Assembly: GCA_951406725.2 (NCBI GenBank)
Contig: OX597828.1
Coordinates: 19,654,001-19,718,000, forward strand
Direction: 5' to 3'
DNA length: 64,000 nucleotides
Source of the DNA: Octopus vulgaris
Taxonomy: Eukaryota
The notes below the pieces were generated by a model, which was not told the origin of the DNA, searched no databases, and saw only the letters and a program-made list of their open reading frames with translations. The position numbers and the translations under genes were made by a program. This document shows, piece after piece, positions 1-14,357 of the stretch (positions are counted from its first letter, which is position 1; the number at the start of each line of letters is the position of its first letter).

Positions 1-236
1 TAAGACACTATATTCCACGTTGCTCCAGTTCACTCGGCTGGCAAAAATGAGTAGTACCTGTATTTCAAATGGCCGGCCTTGTCACACTCTGTGTCATGCT
101 GAATCTTCCTAAGAACTACATTAAGGGTATACGTGTCTGTGGAGTGCTCAGTCACTGGCAAATTAATTTCACGAGTAAGATCTTCCGTTGATCGTATCAG
201 CAAGGACCCTCGTCGACGTAACCGACGGAGTGCTCC
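1..236 (+). mobile_element. tRNA-derived SINE, 5' end cut by window edge (body X + tail B)
   Basis: Body 'gttgctccagttcactcggctggcaaaaatgagta' matches 51283-51317. Tail 'gtacctgtatttcaaa...accgacggagtgc' matches 20696-20875. Confidence 0.8.
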
Positions 237-480
237 TATGTGAATGTACTTATGTATGTAAGTATATAGACACATAAAACACACATATAAAGTCATACAT
301 ATATGCTTCAGGTATGTTCTCACTGTGTTCTTTGGATATTCTATTGTCTTGAACTTATGTTTCATCTGATGATTACGGCTTTTTTGGAGTGATGTAATGT
401 ACTCATTCTTCTATTCAAAAATGCGTTAGAAACAGCTGTAATGAGCTGACATTTACCCATCCTCTGTTATTAGCCTATTT

Positions 481-494
481 TCACATACATACGT

Positions 495-556
<62 letters not shown>

Positions 557-1170
557 ACCTACATACTACATTCCTGTATGCATACACATATACTCATTCG
601 CTCAGCACACACATATATAACTACGTGCATGTATACATTTTATATGTATGTAGACACAAACACATAAATACACCAATATTACTGTCTGTACATACATACA
701 CACGTACGCACGCATACACACATATCATTTATATGTACACACACACATACACACATATATCTGCACATACAAAGCCATATACTATTTACATGTAAGACAC
801 AAGTATATATATATATATATATACCAGTACATACAATATATGTACATACATACATACATACATACATACATACATACTCAAAATCTGTCAGGTATGTGAT
901 TGATTACTGTAACAGTGAATGGATCATGTAGTACTCTCTCACCTGTAATTTTCTCCTGATAATCAGAGAAACAAACACACGCACACACAGACAGACACAC
1001 ATGCACACATGCACACGTATACACAACCACACAGATGCACACATATACACACACACAAAGAAGCCCATTGAGGAAAACAAATTGGTACAAAAATACGCGT
1101 ACATACACATACTAACGTCTATATATGCCAAAACACAGACGCACATACATATACAAATTCATTGAGATCG

Positions 1171-1214
<44 letters not shown>

Positions 1215-1520
1215 TTATATACACACACACAGACCTAGATGTTTGCTACCTAAAACAGAGTGGCAGGAATAAACGCATACCTATACACCTAAATATACAC
1301 ACACTCACAGACGTCTATATATACCGAAATACACACACATGCGTATATACATTCAGATAAATAAACATATGTACACACGCAAATATGCAGACGTTCACTG
1401 AAGAAAGCAAATACACACATACACGCAGATAAAATTTAAGCATACATACTGACACACATACACATACACACCAAACCACATGCATGCGCACAAACACATA
1501 TATTTATACACATACATATA
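481..1520. repeat. Compound (TA)n/(TACA)n/(CA)n microsatellite region
   Basis: Direct reading of the sequence. Confidence 0.9.
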
Positions 1521-1521
1521 T

Positions 1522-1705
1522 TCTTTTACTTGATTCAGTCATTTGACAGTGCCCATGCTGGAGCACCGTCTTGAGTCGAACAAATCGACATATTCTTTGT
1601 CAGCCTAATATTTAGTCTGTTCATCTCTTTTGCCGAACCGCTATGATACGGGGACGTAAACACACTAATATCGGTTGTCAAGCGATGGTGACTAGCAAAC
1701 AGAGA
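1522..1705 (-). mobile_element. 3' half of the microsatellite-containing SINE (family M)
   Basis: Reverse complement matches 9700-9888 and 23580-23765 (gacaaccgat...ccagcatgg...caaatgactgaa). Confidence 0.85.
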
Positions 1706-2650
1706 CATACATACATACATACATACATACATACATACATACATACATACATACATACATACATGCATGCATACATACATACATACATGCATGCATGCAT
1801 ACATACATACATACATACATACATACATGCATGCATACATACATACATACATGCATACATGCATACATACATACATAATACATACAAACATGCATACATA
1901 CATACATACATGCATATATAAATACATTAATACATACAAACATACATACATACATGCATGCATACATACATACATATAAACATACATACATACATACATA
2001 CATACACACACACATATTGCAAACATAGTACAGAAGGAGTCACACACAAACACAAACTGGTACTGGTATACACTCGCGCATACACCTACACATACATATA
2101 CACATACATAAAAACGTGCGCACACACATACATAGATACATATATACATACATACATACATACACACATACATATGCACACATACATAAATAGATAGATG
2201 CATACATGCATACATACCTACATATGCATACGCACGTACATACATGCATATCCACATACATATATACATATGCATACATCCACATACGTGCATATACATA
2301 CGTGCGAACATACATATATATATATATACACACATATATACATACATGCATGCATACCCACTACATGCATATACATACATCCATAGATACATACATACAC
2401 ACATGCATACTTATATACGTATATACATACATACATACATACATTCATACATACACGCACATACATACGTACATACAAACATACATACATACATAATATA
2501 TATATACGCACACATATACAAACATACATGCATACATACATGCATACATACATACATACATACATACATACATACATACATACATACATACATACATACA
2601 TACATACATACATACATACTCATACACATATAACTATATATTCATATACA
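1706..2650. repeat. (TACA)n/(TGCA)n microsatellite
   Basis: Direct reading. It is the source of the MYVC/HTYI pseudo-ORFs. Confidence 0.95.
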
Positions 2651-2859
2651 TAGCGATATTCGATGAGTTGGAAATTGGCAGAACAGTATAATGATTGGAA
2701 TTAAAGGAAAAGTTGCAGAAATACCAATTCGATGTTAATCGAACATCATTCTAGCACCATTATTGGTTTTGTTATTCTTTTTATTGTGAATTTTAACTTC
2801 ACCCACTTCGTACTTCTCTTTCCCCTCCTCTTCCAATATCATTATAATCACCGTTATTA

Positions 2860-3925
2860 CCGATACCACCACCTCGCTATCACCGTCATCATCGTGATCA
2901 TCATTGTGATAATCATGATCAATATCATTTTCCTTATCTTCGACAATATCACCATCCTCATCACCATCCTCATCATCATCATCACCATCGTCATCACTGC
3001 CATTGTTATGCCATCGCCAAAACCACCCCACCACCGTCATTAACACCACCACCACTAATACTGCATCCACCACCACCACCACAACCACCTCTATAATTGC
3101 CAGCACCATCACCACTACAACCGCCACATCCACAACCACCATCACTATCACCATCACCATCACCACCACCATCACTACCACCATCACCATCACCACCACC
3201 GCCGACGCCGCCGCCAATGCCACCGCCAATGCCACCACCACTATAATTACCATCACCATCACCACTATAACCACCAAATCCACAGCCACCACTACTACCG
3301 CCACCACTATCACTACCACCACCATCACTGCTATTCACCTTCCTTAAAGTTACCATCAGAATAACAACCTTTGCCACCATTATTTTGATCATCACTACTA
3401 CCACTGACATCAACACCATCCATACCCCTACCACCAACTTCATTACCATTACCACTACTATTCACCATCATTACCATCACCACAATTAAGACCACCATCG
3501 GCACCACCCCACCGCTACCATTTCTGCTGCCACCATAACAATCACCATCGCCAACAACTCTCATACCACCACCACCACCGCCACCACCACCACCACCACC
3601 ACCATCGTTATGGCTACCATCTCCGTCGCAGCCGCCGCCATCGCAGTTGTCACCGTCACCAACACAAAAGAAACACTGTCACCGCCGCTGCCCTGCTGCC
3701 GCTGCTTCCACTGCCGCCGCCGCCGCGGCTACAGCCACCGCCGCCGTCACCCCCGCTTCCACCACCAAATTCTATCAGCACGGAAATGCTATTAGTATCT
3801 GACCCCACCGCCGCAACCACCACCACCACCGCCACCATAACCAACACCACTTCCACCACCACCACCTTCACCACCACCTTCACCACCACCTTCACCACCA
3901 CCTTCACCCGCCATCACCACCATAG
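2860..3925. repeat. Degenerate (CAC/CAT/CGC)n trinucleotide low-complexity tract
   Basis: Direct reading. Frames break repeatedly and no splice-bounded exon is evident. Confidence 0.85.
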
Positions 3926-4694
3926 TGAAGGCAACAGAAGTGTACTAACGCAATGTGTAGCCGAGATAAGCATTTGTATTGAATATGTCGACTTCATTGT
4001 TAAAACTGGAATACTGAATATATTAGAATAAATTTGAATTAATTAATTGAGTATTATTGAGTATTAAAAACAATTGAAAACGCAGTAAAGAAAAAAGAAA
4101 AATCTCTAAAAATACCAACTATGACATTAAAATATAACTGCTTCTACAAAATTACAATCCGTCGCCTATGAGGCAAATAAAATTCATTATTATTATTGTA
4201 ATTATTATAGTAATTATTTCACTATTTTCATTTTTATTGTATGCTTTCGCTTCCACTACTGAGCGCAGTTTTATGCGCTTTGGGTGTGTACAGTATTTTG
4301 TTTTCTGGTTTGGTGTTTTGTATTCTATGGACGCAGTTCTACATCGTAAGTATTTTGTATGTTGTATGTATTTAAAAGTCTAAGCTTTTGGCTATATATT
4401 TATCTAAATACGCGGTGTACTTAAGTTAATACAAGTGGAGTAATGAATTCTTCATAATAATTAGCGGGATGAGAAGTCTGAATTTGAAACTAAGGAATTA
4501 TAAGGGACAGAACCCGTAAAGAATTCAAATATTTAATTCCTTTAGTTGTTTTTTCTTCTTAATTTCTTTTGTTGCTTACTTCTTTTTTCTGGTCGGTGAA
4601 AATCATATTCAGCACGATTTCATTCTTTTCAGAAATCGTCAGCATAGATTGAGAGCTATTAATCAAACACTTCTACGAAGCGAGAAACTTATCT

Positions 4695-7650
4695 GAATGT
4701 TATATTTTGATTATTCCCCAACCACTTTTCCCAAAAATGTTTCGAAAATTTTCCCCCAAAATTTTTCCAAAATTTTCACCGAAAATTTTCCCCAAGAATT
4801 TTACGAAAATTTTTGCCGAAAATTTTCCTCAAAGTATGGAAAGCCAGCGGTGCCAAAATCACAAAGTATGGAAAGCCAGTGGTGCTAAAATAACAAAGAA
4901 TGTTATATTTTGATTATTCCCCAACCACTTTTCCCAAAAATGTTTCGAAAATTTTCCCCCAAAATTTTTCCAAAATTTTCACGGAAAATTTTCCCCAAGA
5001 ATTTTACGAAAATTTTTGCCGAAAATTTTCCTCAAAGTATGGAAAGCCAGCGGTGCCAAAATCACAAAGTATGGAAAGCCAGTGGTGCTAAAATAACAAA
5101 GTATGGAAAGCCAGCGGTGCCAAAGTCACAAAGTATGGAAGCCTAGCGGTGCCGAAATCACAGAGTAAGGAAAGCCAGCGGTGCAAAAAATCACAAAGTA
5201 TGGAAAGCCATACTTTGTGATTTTGGGACCGCTAGGTTTCTATACTTTATGATTTTGGCATTGCTAGTTTTTCATACTTTCTGTTATTTTGGCACCGCTG
5301 GCCTTCCATACTTTGGGATTTTGGCACCACTGGCTTTCCATACTTTGTGATTTTGGCACCGCTGGCCTTCCATACTTTGTGATTTTGGCACCGCTGGCCT
5401 TCCATACTTTGTGATTTTGGCACCACTGGCCTTCCATACTTCGTGATTTTGGCACCGCTGGCCTTGTGATTTTTCGAAAATTTTCCCCAAAAATTTTTCG
5501 AAAATTTCCACCGAAAACTTTACCCAAAAATTTTTCGAAAATTTTCTCGAAAAAATTTCCCCAAATTTTTCGAAAATTTTCACCGAAAATTTTTCCCAAA
5601 AATTTTACGAAAATGTTTTCCGAAAATTACCGCCAAAAATTTTTCGAATATTTTCACCGAAAATTTTACCAAAAAATTTTACAAAAATTTTCCCCAAAAA
5701 TTTTTCGAAAATTTTTTCCGAAAATTTTCCCCAAAAATTTTTCGAAAATTTTCACTGAAAATTTTACCAAAAATTTCCACCGAAAATTTTCCCCAATAAT
5801 ATTTCCAAAATTGTACCCAAAAATTTTTCGAAAATTTCTGCCGAAAATTTTACACAAATTTTTTAAAAATTTTCCCGAAAAGCTTTTCGAAAATTTTCAC
5901 CGAAAATTTTCCCCAAAAATTTTGCAAAAATTTCCACCGAAAATTTTCCCTAATAATTTTTCCAAAATTTTCCCCAAAAATTTTTCGAAAATTTCCACGG
6001 AAAATTTTACACAAAAATTTTTCAAAAATTTTCCCCAAACATTTTTCGAAAATTTTCCCAAAAATTTTTCCAAAATTTTCACCGAAAATTTTCTCGAAAA
6101 ATTTCCCAAAAATTTTACGGAAATTGTTGCCGAAATTTTCCCCAAAGTATGGAAAGGCAGCGGTGCTAAAATCACAAAGTATGGAAAGCCAGCGGTACCA
6201 AAATCACAAAGTATGGAAACCTAGCGGTGCCAAAATCACAGAGTATGGAAGGCCAGCGGTGCCAAAATCACAAAGTATGGAAAGCCAGCAGTGCTAAAAT
6301 CACAAAGTATGGCATGCCATACTTTGTGATTTTCGCACTGCTAGGCTTCCATACTTTGCGATTTTGGCATTGCTAGTTTTCTATACTTTCTGTGATTTTC
6401 GCACCGCTGGCTTTCCATACTTTGTGATTTTCGCACCGCTGGCTTTCCATACTTTGTGATTTTTGGCACCGCTGGCTTTCCATACTTCGTGATTTTGGCA
6501 CCGCTGGCCTTCCATACTTTGTGATTTTGGCACCGCTGGCCTTCCATACTTTGTGATTTTGGCACCACTGGCCTTCCATACTTTGTGATTTTGGCACCGC
6601 TGGCCTTGTGATTTTTCGAAAATTTTCCCCAAAAATTTTTCGAAAACTTTCACCGAAAATTTTCCCCAAAAACTTTTCAAAAATTTTCCCAAAAAATTTT
6701 TCGAAAATTTAACCAAAAATCTTTCGAAAATTTTCACCGAAAGTTTTCTCCAAAAATTTCCCCAAAAATTTTTCACCGAAAATTTTTCCCAAGAATTTTA
6801 CAAAAATGTTTTCCGAAAATTTTCGCCAAAAATTTTTCGAAAATTTTCACGGAAAATTTTACTAAAAAATTTAGGAAAATTTTTTCCAAAAATTTTTCGA
6901 AAATTTTTTCCGAAAATTTTCCCCCAAAATTTTTCGAAAATTTTACACGAAAATTTTACCAAAAAATTTTTGAAAAATTTTCACCGAAAATTTTCCCCAA
7001 TAATTTTTCGAAAATTCCGCCGAAAATTTTCCCCAAAAATTTTTTAAAATTTCCCTCAAAATTTTTCGAAAACTTTCACCGAAAATTTTACCCAAAAATT
7101 TTTCGAAAATTAACACCGAAAACTTAACCCAAAAAGTTTTCAAAAATTTTCACCGAAAATTTTCTCGAAATATTTCCCCAAAAATTTTACGAAAATGTTT
7201 TCCGAAAATTTTCACCGAAAATTTTACCAAAAAATTTTACGAAAATTTTCCCCAAAAATTTTTCGAAAATTTTTTCCGAAAATTTTCCCCAAAACTTTTT
7301 CGAAAATTTTCACCGAAAATTTTACCTAAAAATTTTACGAAAATTTTCCCCAAAAATCTTTCGAAAATTTTCACACAAAATTTTACAAAAAAATTTTTCA
7401 AAAATTTTCACAGAAAATTTTCCCCAATAATTTTTCCAAAATGTCCCCCGAAAATTTTTCGAAAATTTTCCCCAAAAAGCCATACATTGTGATTTCGGCA
7501 CCGCTAGGTTTCCATACTCTGTGATCTTGGCATTGCTAGTTTTCTCTACTTTCTGTGATTTTGGCAACGCTGGCTTTCCATACTTTGTGATTTTGGCACC
7601 GCTGGCTTTCCAAACTTTGTGATTTTGGCACCGCTGGCCTTCCATACTTT
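4695..7650. repeat. Composite satellite: ~12-bp 'cgaaaattttcc'-type A/T-tract blocks alternating with 32-bp 'tggaaagccagcggtgccaaaatcacaaagta' arrays in both orientations
   Basis: 32-bp arrays on + at ~4832-4897, 5035-5207 and 6141-6312, and on - at 5208-5468, 6316-6610 and 7478-7650. There is a 203-bp direct duplication at 4695-4897/4898-5100. Confidence 0.95.
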
Positions 7651-8898
7651 AAAGGTAAAGTACCTTTAAAGGTACAGTACTATCTGTTGGGATTAATTAT
7701 TCGATTAAGGAAGGAATCGTTTCCCCTTCACCTCTAGTAGCAACAACCAGCCAATTATTCTTGATATCACTGTTATTATAGACTAGCATATCCCAGATTA
7801 CTGCTACGGAGTATTATTTACATTTAACTTTTCAATGTTTCTGTTTTTCACATTTGTTTTGAGTTCAGAGTTTCTATTTTCGTTACACATTACGCGTTTT
7901 AATAATAAATGTGTTTCCATTGCGCATTCCAAATTTTATGTTTTACTTTCTTTTGGGATTTCAGAATACATCTTAAATTAACTGGTTTCTATGAATTTAA
8001 AGTGACTTTTAGATTACAGTTATCACCCTTCTATATTTGATACCTGCGTATTGTCGCTATTTGGTTTTGGGCGCAGAATGAAGCAGTAAAATGTATGTGT
8101 AGTGTCTCTATTGTATGTATCTGTGCCTTTTCTGTTTCATGCGGAAAGCGTGAATGTAGTTAATAAGTTTACAAAGTGTTTTGTATAGTTTTCAGAGGAT
8201 ATTTGGAACTTTTATCATTATCATTTTAAGACATTCTCGGGGAAGAAAATTTAAATCTGAAATTTTCGATTAATTTGTGGAGACGTAGTTAAATCTTTCT
8301 TGTCGTCTGTCACCGATGAAGAAAATTCTCTTTTTCTTTTCATCAGAAATGTCAACAAGTTTGGTGTTCAAAGGAGGAGCGGTGGTATGCAGGCTTGATA
8401 TTACAATAAAACTAAAATAGTCGTTTGCCTCGAATATTTTGCTTACTTGTTGAAGCGGAAAACTGACATTTTACGAAGATTTGTTTTTGAGAAATATTAT
8501 AAATGCGCAGGTGTTTCCTCCAATAGCAGTAGTAAAATTATGTTGTAACACGGGAGTGATCAGGTAAAAAGAAAACTACAGTGAAAATTACAATAACGAC
8601 AGAACCATAATAAGCCGCGGAAACAACACTAACACAAGAGGAATGGGAAGTATAAAAATAAAGTTAATATAAACAACAAAAACGGTGTGAATGTCAACGA
8701 AAAGTCGAACAAAACAGGTGACATCTATAACAAGAAAAATTACAAGAAAAATCAACGACGGAAAACAGAAAACAACAAGAACAAAAACAACAAGAACAAA
8801 AACAACACATTAACACTAAACGAAACAATAAAAAATAAAGAAGATACAAATAGCAGCGACACAATGGAGATAACAATAATGGGTTCTAACTTAGGAAT

Positions 8899-9201
8899 TG
8901 TTTGTTCCTTCTTGAGCCATGCCTGGCTCATAAGGGCCGGTTTCCCGGTTTCCTTGGCGTATAGGTTCCCCACCTGGACGGGAAGCCGGTCCATCGCAGG
9001 TGAGCTGCAAGATGCATGAGGAAAGAGTGAGACAAAGTTGTGGCGAAAGAGTCAGCAGAAGTTCGCCATTACCTTCTGCCGGAGCCGCGTGGAGTTTAGG
9101 TGTTTTGCTCATAAACATACACATCGCCCGGTCTGAGATTCGAACTCGCGATCCCTCGACCGCGAGTCCGCTGCTCTTACCACTAGGCTATGTGCGTCCA
9201 C
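8899..9201 (-). mobile_element. Full-length tRNA(Arg)-like SINE (body Y + tail A), resembling octopus OR-type SINEs
   Basis: Minus strand has A box 'tagcctagtgg' and B box 'gttcgaatc', with TCG at the anticodon position. 13-bp TSD 'ctaacttaggaat' at 8886-8898 and 9202-9214. Confidence 0.9.
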
Positions 9202-9214
9202 CTAACTTAGGAAT

Positions 9215-9430
9215 AAGACCAATAATTTCGAGGGGACGGGGAAGCAGTTGATATCATGGACATCAGTATTTGATTGGTACTTTATTTTTATCAACCCTGA
9301 AAGGATGAAAGGCAATGTTGAATTCGGCCGGATTTGAACGCAAAATATGAAGTTTTGGAGAAATACGGTAAAGCTTTTATTTTTTCATTTTTCTGTTACC
9401 CTAACAAATATGCTTGCTTGCTACGTTTGA
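9215..9430 (-). mobile_element. Degenerate SINE (family K, 'ggggtcgataaa..agtaccag' core)
   Basis: 'ggtactttattttt..aaccctgaaaggatgaaaggcaa...atttgaac' matches the 16940-17220 units. Confidence 0.7.
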
Positions 9431-9484
9431 TAATAAAACCAGAAACAGCAATAACACCAAGTAATGTAATTAATTTACGCAAGT

Positions 9485-9635
9485 AGGCGCAGGAGTGGCT
9501 GTGTGGTAAGAAGCTTGCTTACCAACCACATGGATCCGGGTTCAATCCCACTGAACCTACTATAGCCTCGGGCCGACCAAAGCCTTGTGAGTGGATTTGG
9601 TAGACAGAAACTGAAAGAAGCCCGTCGTATATATG

Positions 9636-9670
<35 letters not shown>

Positions 9671-9888
9671 ATATGTTTGTGTGTATGTGTTTGTCCCCCC
9701 AACATCGCTTGACAACCGATGCTGGTGTGTTTACGTCCACGTAACTTAGCGATTCGTCAAATGAGACCGATAGAAAAAAATACTAGGCTTACAAAGAATA
9801 CGTCCTGGGGTCGATTTGTTCGACTAAAAGGTGTTGCTCCAGCGTGGCCACAGTCAAATGACTGAAACAAGTAAAAGGGTAAAAGAGT
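9485..9888 (+). mobile_element. SINE family M with internal (TA)n(TG)n and a small head deletion
   Basis: Head 'aggcgcaggagtggctgtgtggtaag...ggttcaatccc' and 3' half shared with about 10 other copies in the window. Confidence 0.9.
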
Positions 9889-10369
9889 AAGTCATCAGTT
9901 CCTAAACTGAAAATTCGCTTTAGTTAAAAAACGAATTTGTAAAGTGACTGAAATCTTATTTAACCTTTTAGCATTTAAACTGAACATATCCTGCCAATAT
10001 ATTCTACTTGTTTTTTATATGCAAACTGGCCCGATCAGACATCTCATACCTACCCTACAATGTCATCATAAAAATAAAGTATCACATTTCCATAATTCTG
10101 AAGTTTCAAGATAATTTATGATTAATTCAAAATAATGTGAATAAATAAGCATTGTATTTGACAGAGTAATCTGAATAGTAAAGGATTAAAGGAAGCTTGG
10201 AATGATAATGCTTCAAGAGAATGGACTAAAGCGCAGTTGTATTTTTCACTTGAGCCCTAGGACACGGAAGACCGGTTATCCAGTTTTCATAGCTTACAAG
10301 TGACCGAATCCACAACATTCTATCCCGAATGGATCACCTGGCCGTTGGAGTGTTCAAGACCAGCGGTTT

Positions 10370-10545
10370 TGAGGGGAGGAAGCAAGTCGATTACATGAAC
10401 ACCGATAATTGACCAGTACTTTATTTTATCGACCTGGGAAAGGTGAAAGACGAAAATAGACCCCGGTAGGATTTGAACCCAGAGCAGAAGAAATGCCGCT
10501 TAGTATTTTGTCCGATGTGCTAACGATTTTGCCAGCTCACCACTC
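10370..10545 (-). mobile_element. Degenerate SINE family K
   Basis: 'agtcgattacat...ccagtactttattttatcgacc...gatttgaacc...tgctaacgattttgccagctc' matches 17320-17455. Confidence 0.75.
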
Positions 10546-11129
10546 GACAGTTACATAGTAGTACATAAAATCTCCTAAAACAAGATGGACACGAATCCTA
10601 TTCTTCGCAAGTAGAATATTTCCTAAAAATGTGAGTTGTTTGGTATCTCAAAAAAAAAAAAAAGAAAAAGAAAAAAGGTCAGTGAAATCATTTATAGCAA
10701 GGTGAGAATCTCGTGTGTTCCTGCTCTACCAATGTAACCAGAGATAGATCGACGGATTTTGGCGACCATAATAGAACAACGTGTTTTAATTATTGATTAC
10801 TGATCTCCTCTACCGTGAAAACTACCTGAGAACTCGACTAGACACTCGTGCTATTCACGCTCATAATCGTCTTTAAATTATCAGATTACTCAGATGTTTC
10901 TGTTGTGGTGGTACTACCGTTCTCACGACTCTCTTCTCCATCGTAAAGTGGAAGTAACAAAACAAAAGGCCACCCTTATCAAAAAGCATCCCCACCACCA
11001 CCATCATGTAAGTGTATGAATGCATGCAACCTGAGGTAGCGTAAGGAAGTATGGTTAACTGATGAACGGATTTCCAAAATGCATCATAGGGACTTGGTGA
11101 AATCACAGTATATTCTTTAATTTGTATCT

Positions 11130-12020
11130 GGGTAGAACTTTCATTCAGTTAGCGGACAAGGCCAATGTAAATGTTTACAATTCAAACTGGTTAGCTACAC
11201 ACAGAAAAAAAATGTTACTTTTGTGAGAAGCCTACATGTATTATTTAGGCAGGAAGTGGTTAGTGGAAACAAAGCATGGTGTTTCCGTCATAGAAAGGCT
11301 ACATAGACCGCATATGAGAGATATGCAACTGGCTGAGCAGTCATTAATTACAGGTAGTAGTTCTTATTAAAAAAGAAAATTGGGATGGAACTCGTTATTT
11401 CTGGTAAGGGACTATCGCTAGAGAAAAAGAGATTTGAGTATGGTAGTAAATAAACTCAAATAGGCTATTCGAAAAAGTATCACTTATGAAATACAAAGTA
11501 GCGAGAATGAAATACAAACGTTGCCTTGTCTGATCGAAGACCTCATACGGTTAGACACAAGAGAATGAAAGCCGTTCGACTGAGTTGGGTGGCATTCGTA
11601 TGACATGGCACCAAATCCGAGTGAGCAGATTTTGGCAAGACATCATTGAACTGTTCACAAGGCGCAATGAACTGAGATAGTGGACTACGATGCGTAAGTT
11701 GGCAGTCTGCCGCGGCCCACAGTTAAAGATGTATAGATCAGCGAAAAACCAATTTTGGCAGCTGAAGTAACAAACGTTTGGGAATTGTGTGAGTGGCAAA
11801 GTATCAGGCCTTGTTTCCCTCAACAGGTTTTATTGCTACATGACAGATTATTCTCTTATGACTTAGCAACACGAATAAAGTGGGAGTATTCTCAATTATG
11901 TGCCCCCGAGGAGAGGTGATATTGTTGAATAAGGTCACGAACAGAGAAGACGTTCTTAATAATTGTAGACCTGTAACTTCGCTTTACACAGAATTAAAGG
12001 TTTTCGATAAAGATGCTCGC
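11130..12020 (+). pseudogene. Decayed non-LTR retrotransposon ORF2 fragment (L1/Tx1-like)
   Basis: ORF 11880.. reads 'VILLNK...NCRPVTSLYTELKVF', a degenerate form of the RT motif 'I.LI.K...NYRPISLLN.D.KI'. The upstream boundary is uncertain. Confidence 0.55.
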
Positions 12021-12147
12021 CAAAAGATTTTAAATTTCCCTGGCGTCAACTTTGCTTTTCATTCTATGAAGTTTGAAAAGGAAAATTACAAAACTAAACT
12101 AGAAACAAAAACAACCCACTACTGGTGAAGTCATCTTTATCGAAAAC

Positions 12148-12756
12148 CTGAGACATAGAAGTCTTCTCTTTCTTCCTAGTTTTGACCCATTGAAAAATGG
12201 AGGAAGTGACTATTAGAGAGAGATACAGACATGACAGACAAACAGACAGAGAAACAGTGTCATACACACACATAATATTAAACATATATATATATATATA
12301 TATCTGTTTGACAGCATTTATGATGTATGTAGAATACAGTGTTAGAGCATTATAAATAAAACACCAATATAATATCTAAACCCATCACCTGCTATCGGAG
12401 ATGGTTTGGTGATTTGGTGGCGTGTACCAAGCTCTCGCTTATTCTTTTAGCTACCTGTCTAATCTCGAGGAGACATAGAGACCCCCTCTTTCTCTGTCTG
12501 TCTGACTGTCTGTCTGTATCTCTCTCTAATAGTCACTTCATCCACTTTTCACTGGGTCAAATCTAGGAAGAAAGAGAGGGTCTCTATGTCTCCTCGAGAT
12601 TAGACAGGTAGCTAAAAGAATAAGCGAGAGCTTGGTACACGCCACCAAATCACCAAACCATCTCCGGTAGCAGGTGACGGGTTTAGATATTATATTGGTG
12701 TTTTATTTATAATGCTCTAACACTGTATTCTACATACATCATAAATGCTGTCAAAC

Positions 12757-12809
<53 letters not shown>

Positions 12810-12838
12810 TAATATTAATGTGTGTGTATGACACTGTT
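12148..12838. repeat. Interleaved inverted repeat A-B-A'-B'
   Basis: 12252-12490 is the reverse complement of 12575-12838. 12148-12255 is approximately the reverse complement of 12488-12593. Confidence 0.9.
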
Positions 12839-13148
12839 TACATACTGACATATGAAAACGTATGTCTCTGTTATCACTCGTAGCATATGTTTTATTACAA
12901 GAATTAACTAGAATTATCTGCAGAAGAACACATTACGGACTTCTTGAAAACTAAGGGAAGCTCCAGAAGTTAACTTTCCTGCATGCTTAAATATAAGTTC
13001 AGTATAATAATACGCTTTAAACATAACAAAATAGGATTCCATATTGTGAATAAATGATATGAAGAGAATATTTCTCTTTGCAGACGACACATTTTGAAAA
13101 TCAGTATTTCTGTTTCTTTCTAATTTCTTCTTGCACAGAAATTATACA

Positions 13149-13245
<97 letters not shown>

Positions 13246-13472
13246 CCACCTTATATTGATGCACACATATAACAAAGACGGACCTACACATACACACACG
13301 TACACAAACATACATACGTACACACACATACAGACACATATATATGTGTACATTTCTCTCTCTAAAGATATATACATATATATTATGTATATAAGTATAT
13401 GTATATATATACGTATTAATCTATTTATCTATCTTTATCCCGCTTATATAAGTATACATACACACACACACA

Positions 13473-13537
<65 letters not shown>

Positions 13538-13595
13538 TAATCCAAACAAGAAAGCACAAAAAAACACAATACATATACATACATACATACATACA

Positions 13596-13626
<31 letters not shown>

Positions 13627-13714
13627 CATATGCATACATATACGTATCTCTCTCTATATTTCCAAATACACACATTAATATATATACACAGATATATATG
13701 TATATGTTTATATA

Positions 13715-13765
<51 letters not shown>

Positions 13766-14129
13766 CTATCTATCTATCATCAATCTATCTGTCTGTCTGT
13801 CTATCTTTATTTATTTATTTCTCAAGAAATAATATTCACTATGATAGCGTATGAAAATAATATCTATTTGATTCGCCTGCGGTCCTCTGACACTGACAGT
13901 CACCTTGTACAGCACAGTGTGATGATTGTCGCCCAGTGTAGTCATTATCTATTTACCAACATAAAACATAATAATAAAATATGCATAAGCACGAAGTGAC
14001 ACCTATTGACAGTTTTCAAAGTTACGCATCACAGAGATTAGGGAGAAGTGCGATTTAAACTCCAAACTACTTGAAACATATAATTGCATATATATATATG
14101 TATATATATATCTATATGTTTATATATAT

Positions 14130-14213
<84 letters not shown>

Positions 14214-14293
14214 GTTCATATATATGTTTATATATATTTATATATATAAATGTAAATGTTTCTCTCTCTCATTCTTTCTATCAATCTATCTAG

Positions 14294-14357
<64 letters not shown>

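Noticed and set aside
1535-2633. Long ORFs such as 289 aa MYVC-rich and HTYI-rich frames (also 30471-31401, 41553-42347, 60231-60926)
   Set aside because: They are translations of stop-free microsatellites with no domain content.
2732-3925. Thr-rich mucin-like or Gly-rich ORFs
   Set aside because: Degenerate trinucleotide repeat open in several frames and on both strands, with no signal peptide, domain or clear splice boundaries.
4832-6610. 32-bp repeats as a CRISPR array, and the 252-aa KIF-rich ORF
   Set aside because: Units are contiguous with no unique spacers, there are no cas genes, the context is eukaryotic, and the ORF is a satellite translation.
7680-8880. Possible PLE or other coding remnant, and the Asn/Lys-rich ORF 8687-9019
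   Set aside because: No convincing motif in manual translation. The ORF is low-complexity and runs into a SINE.
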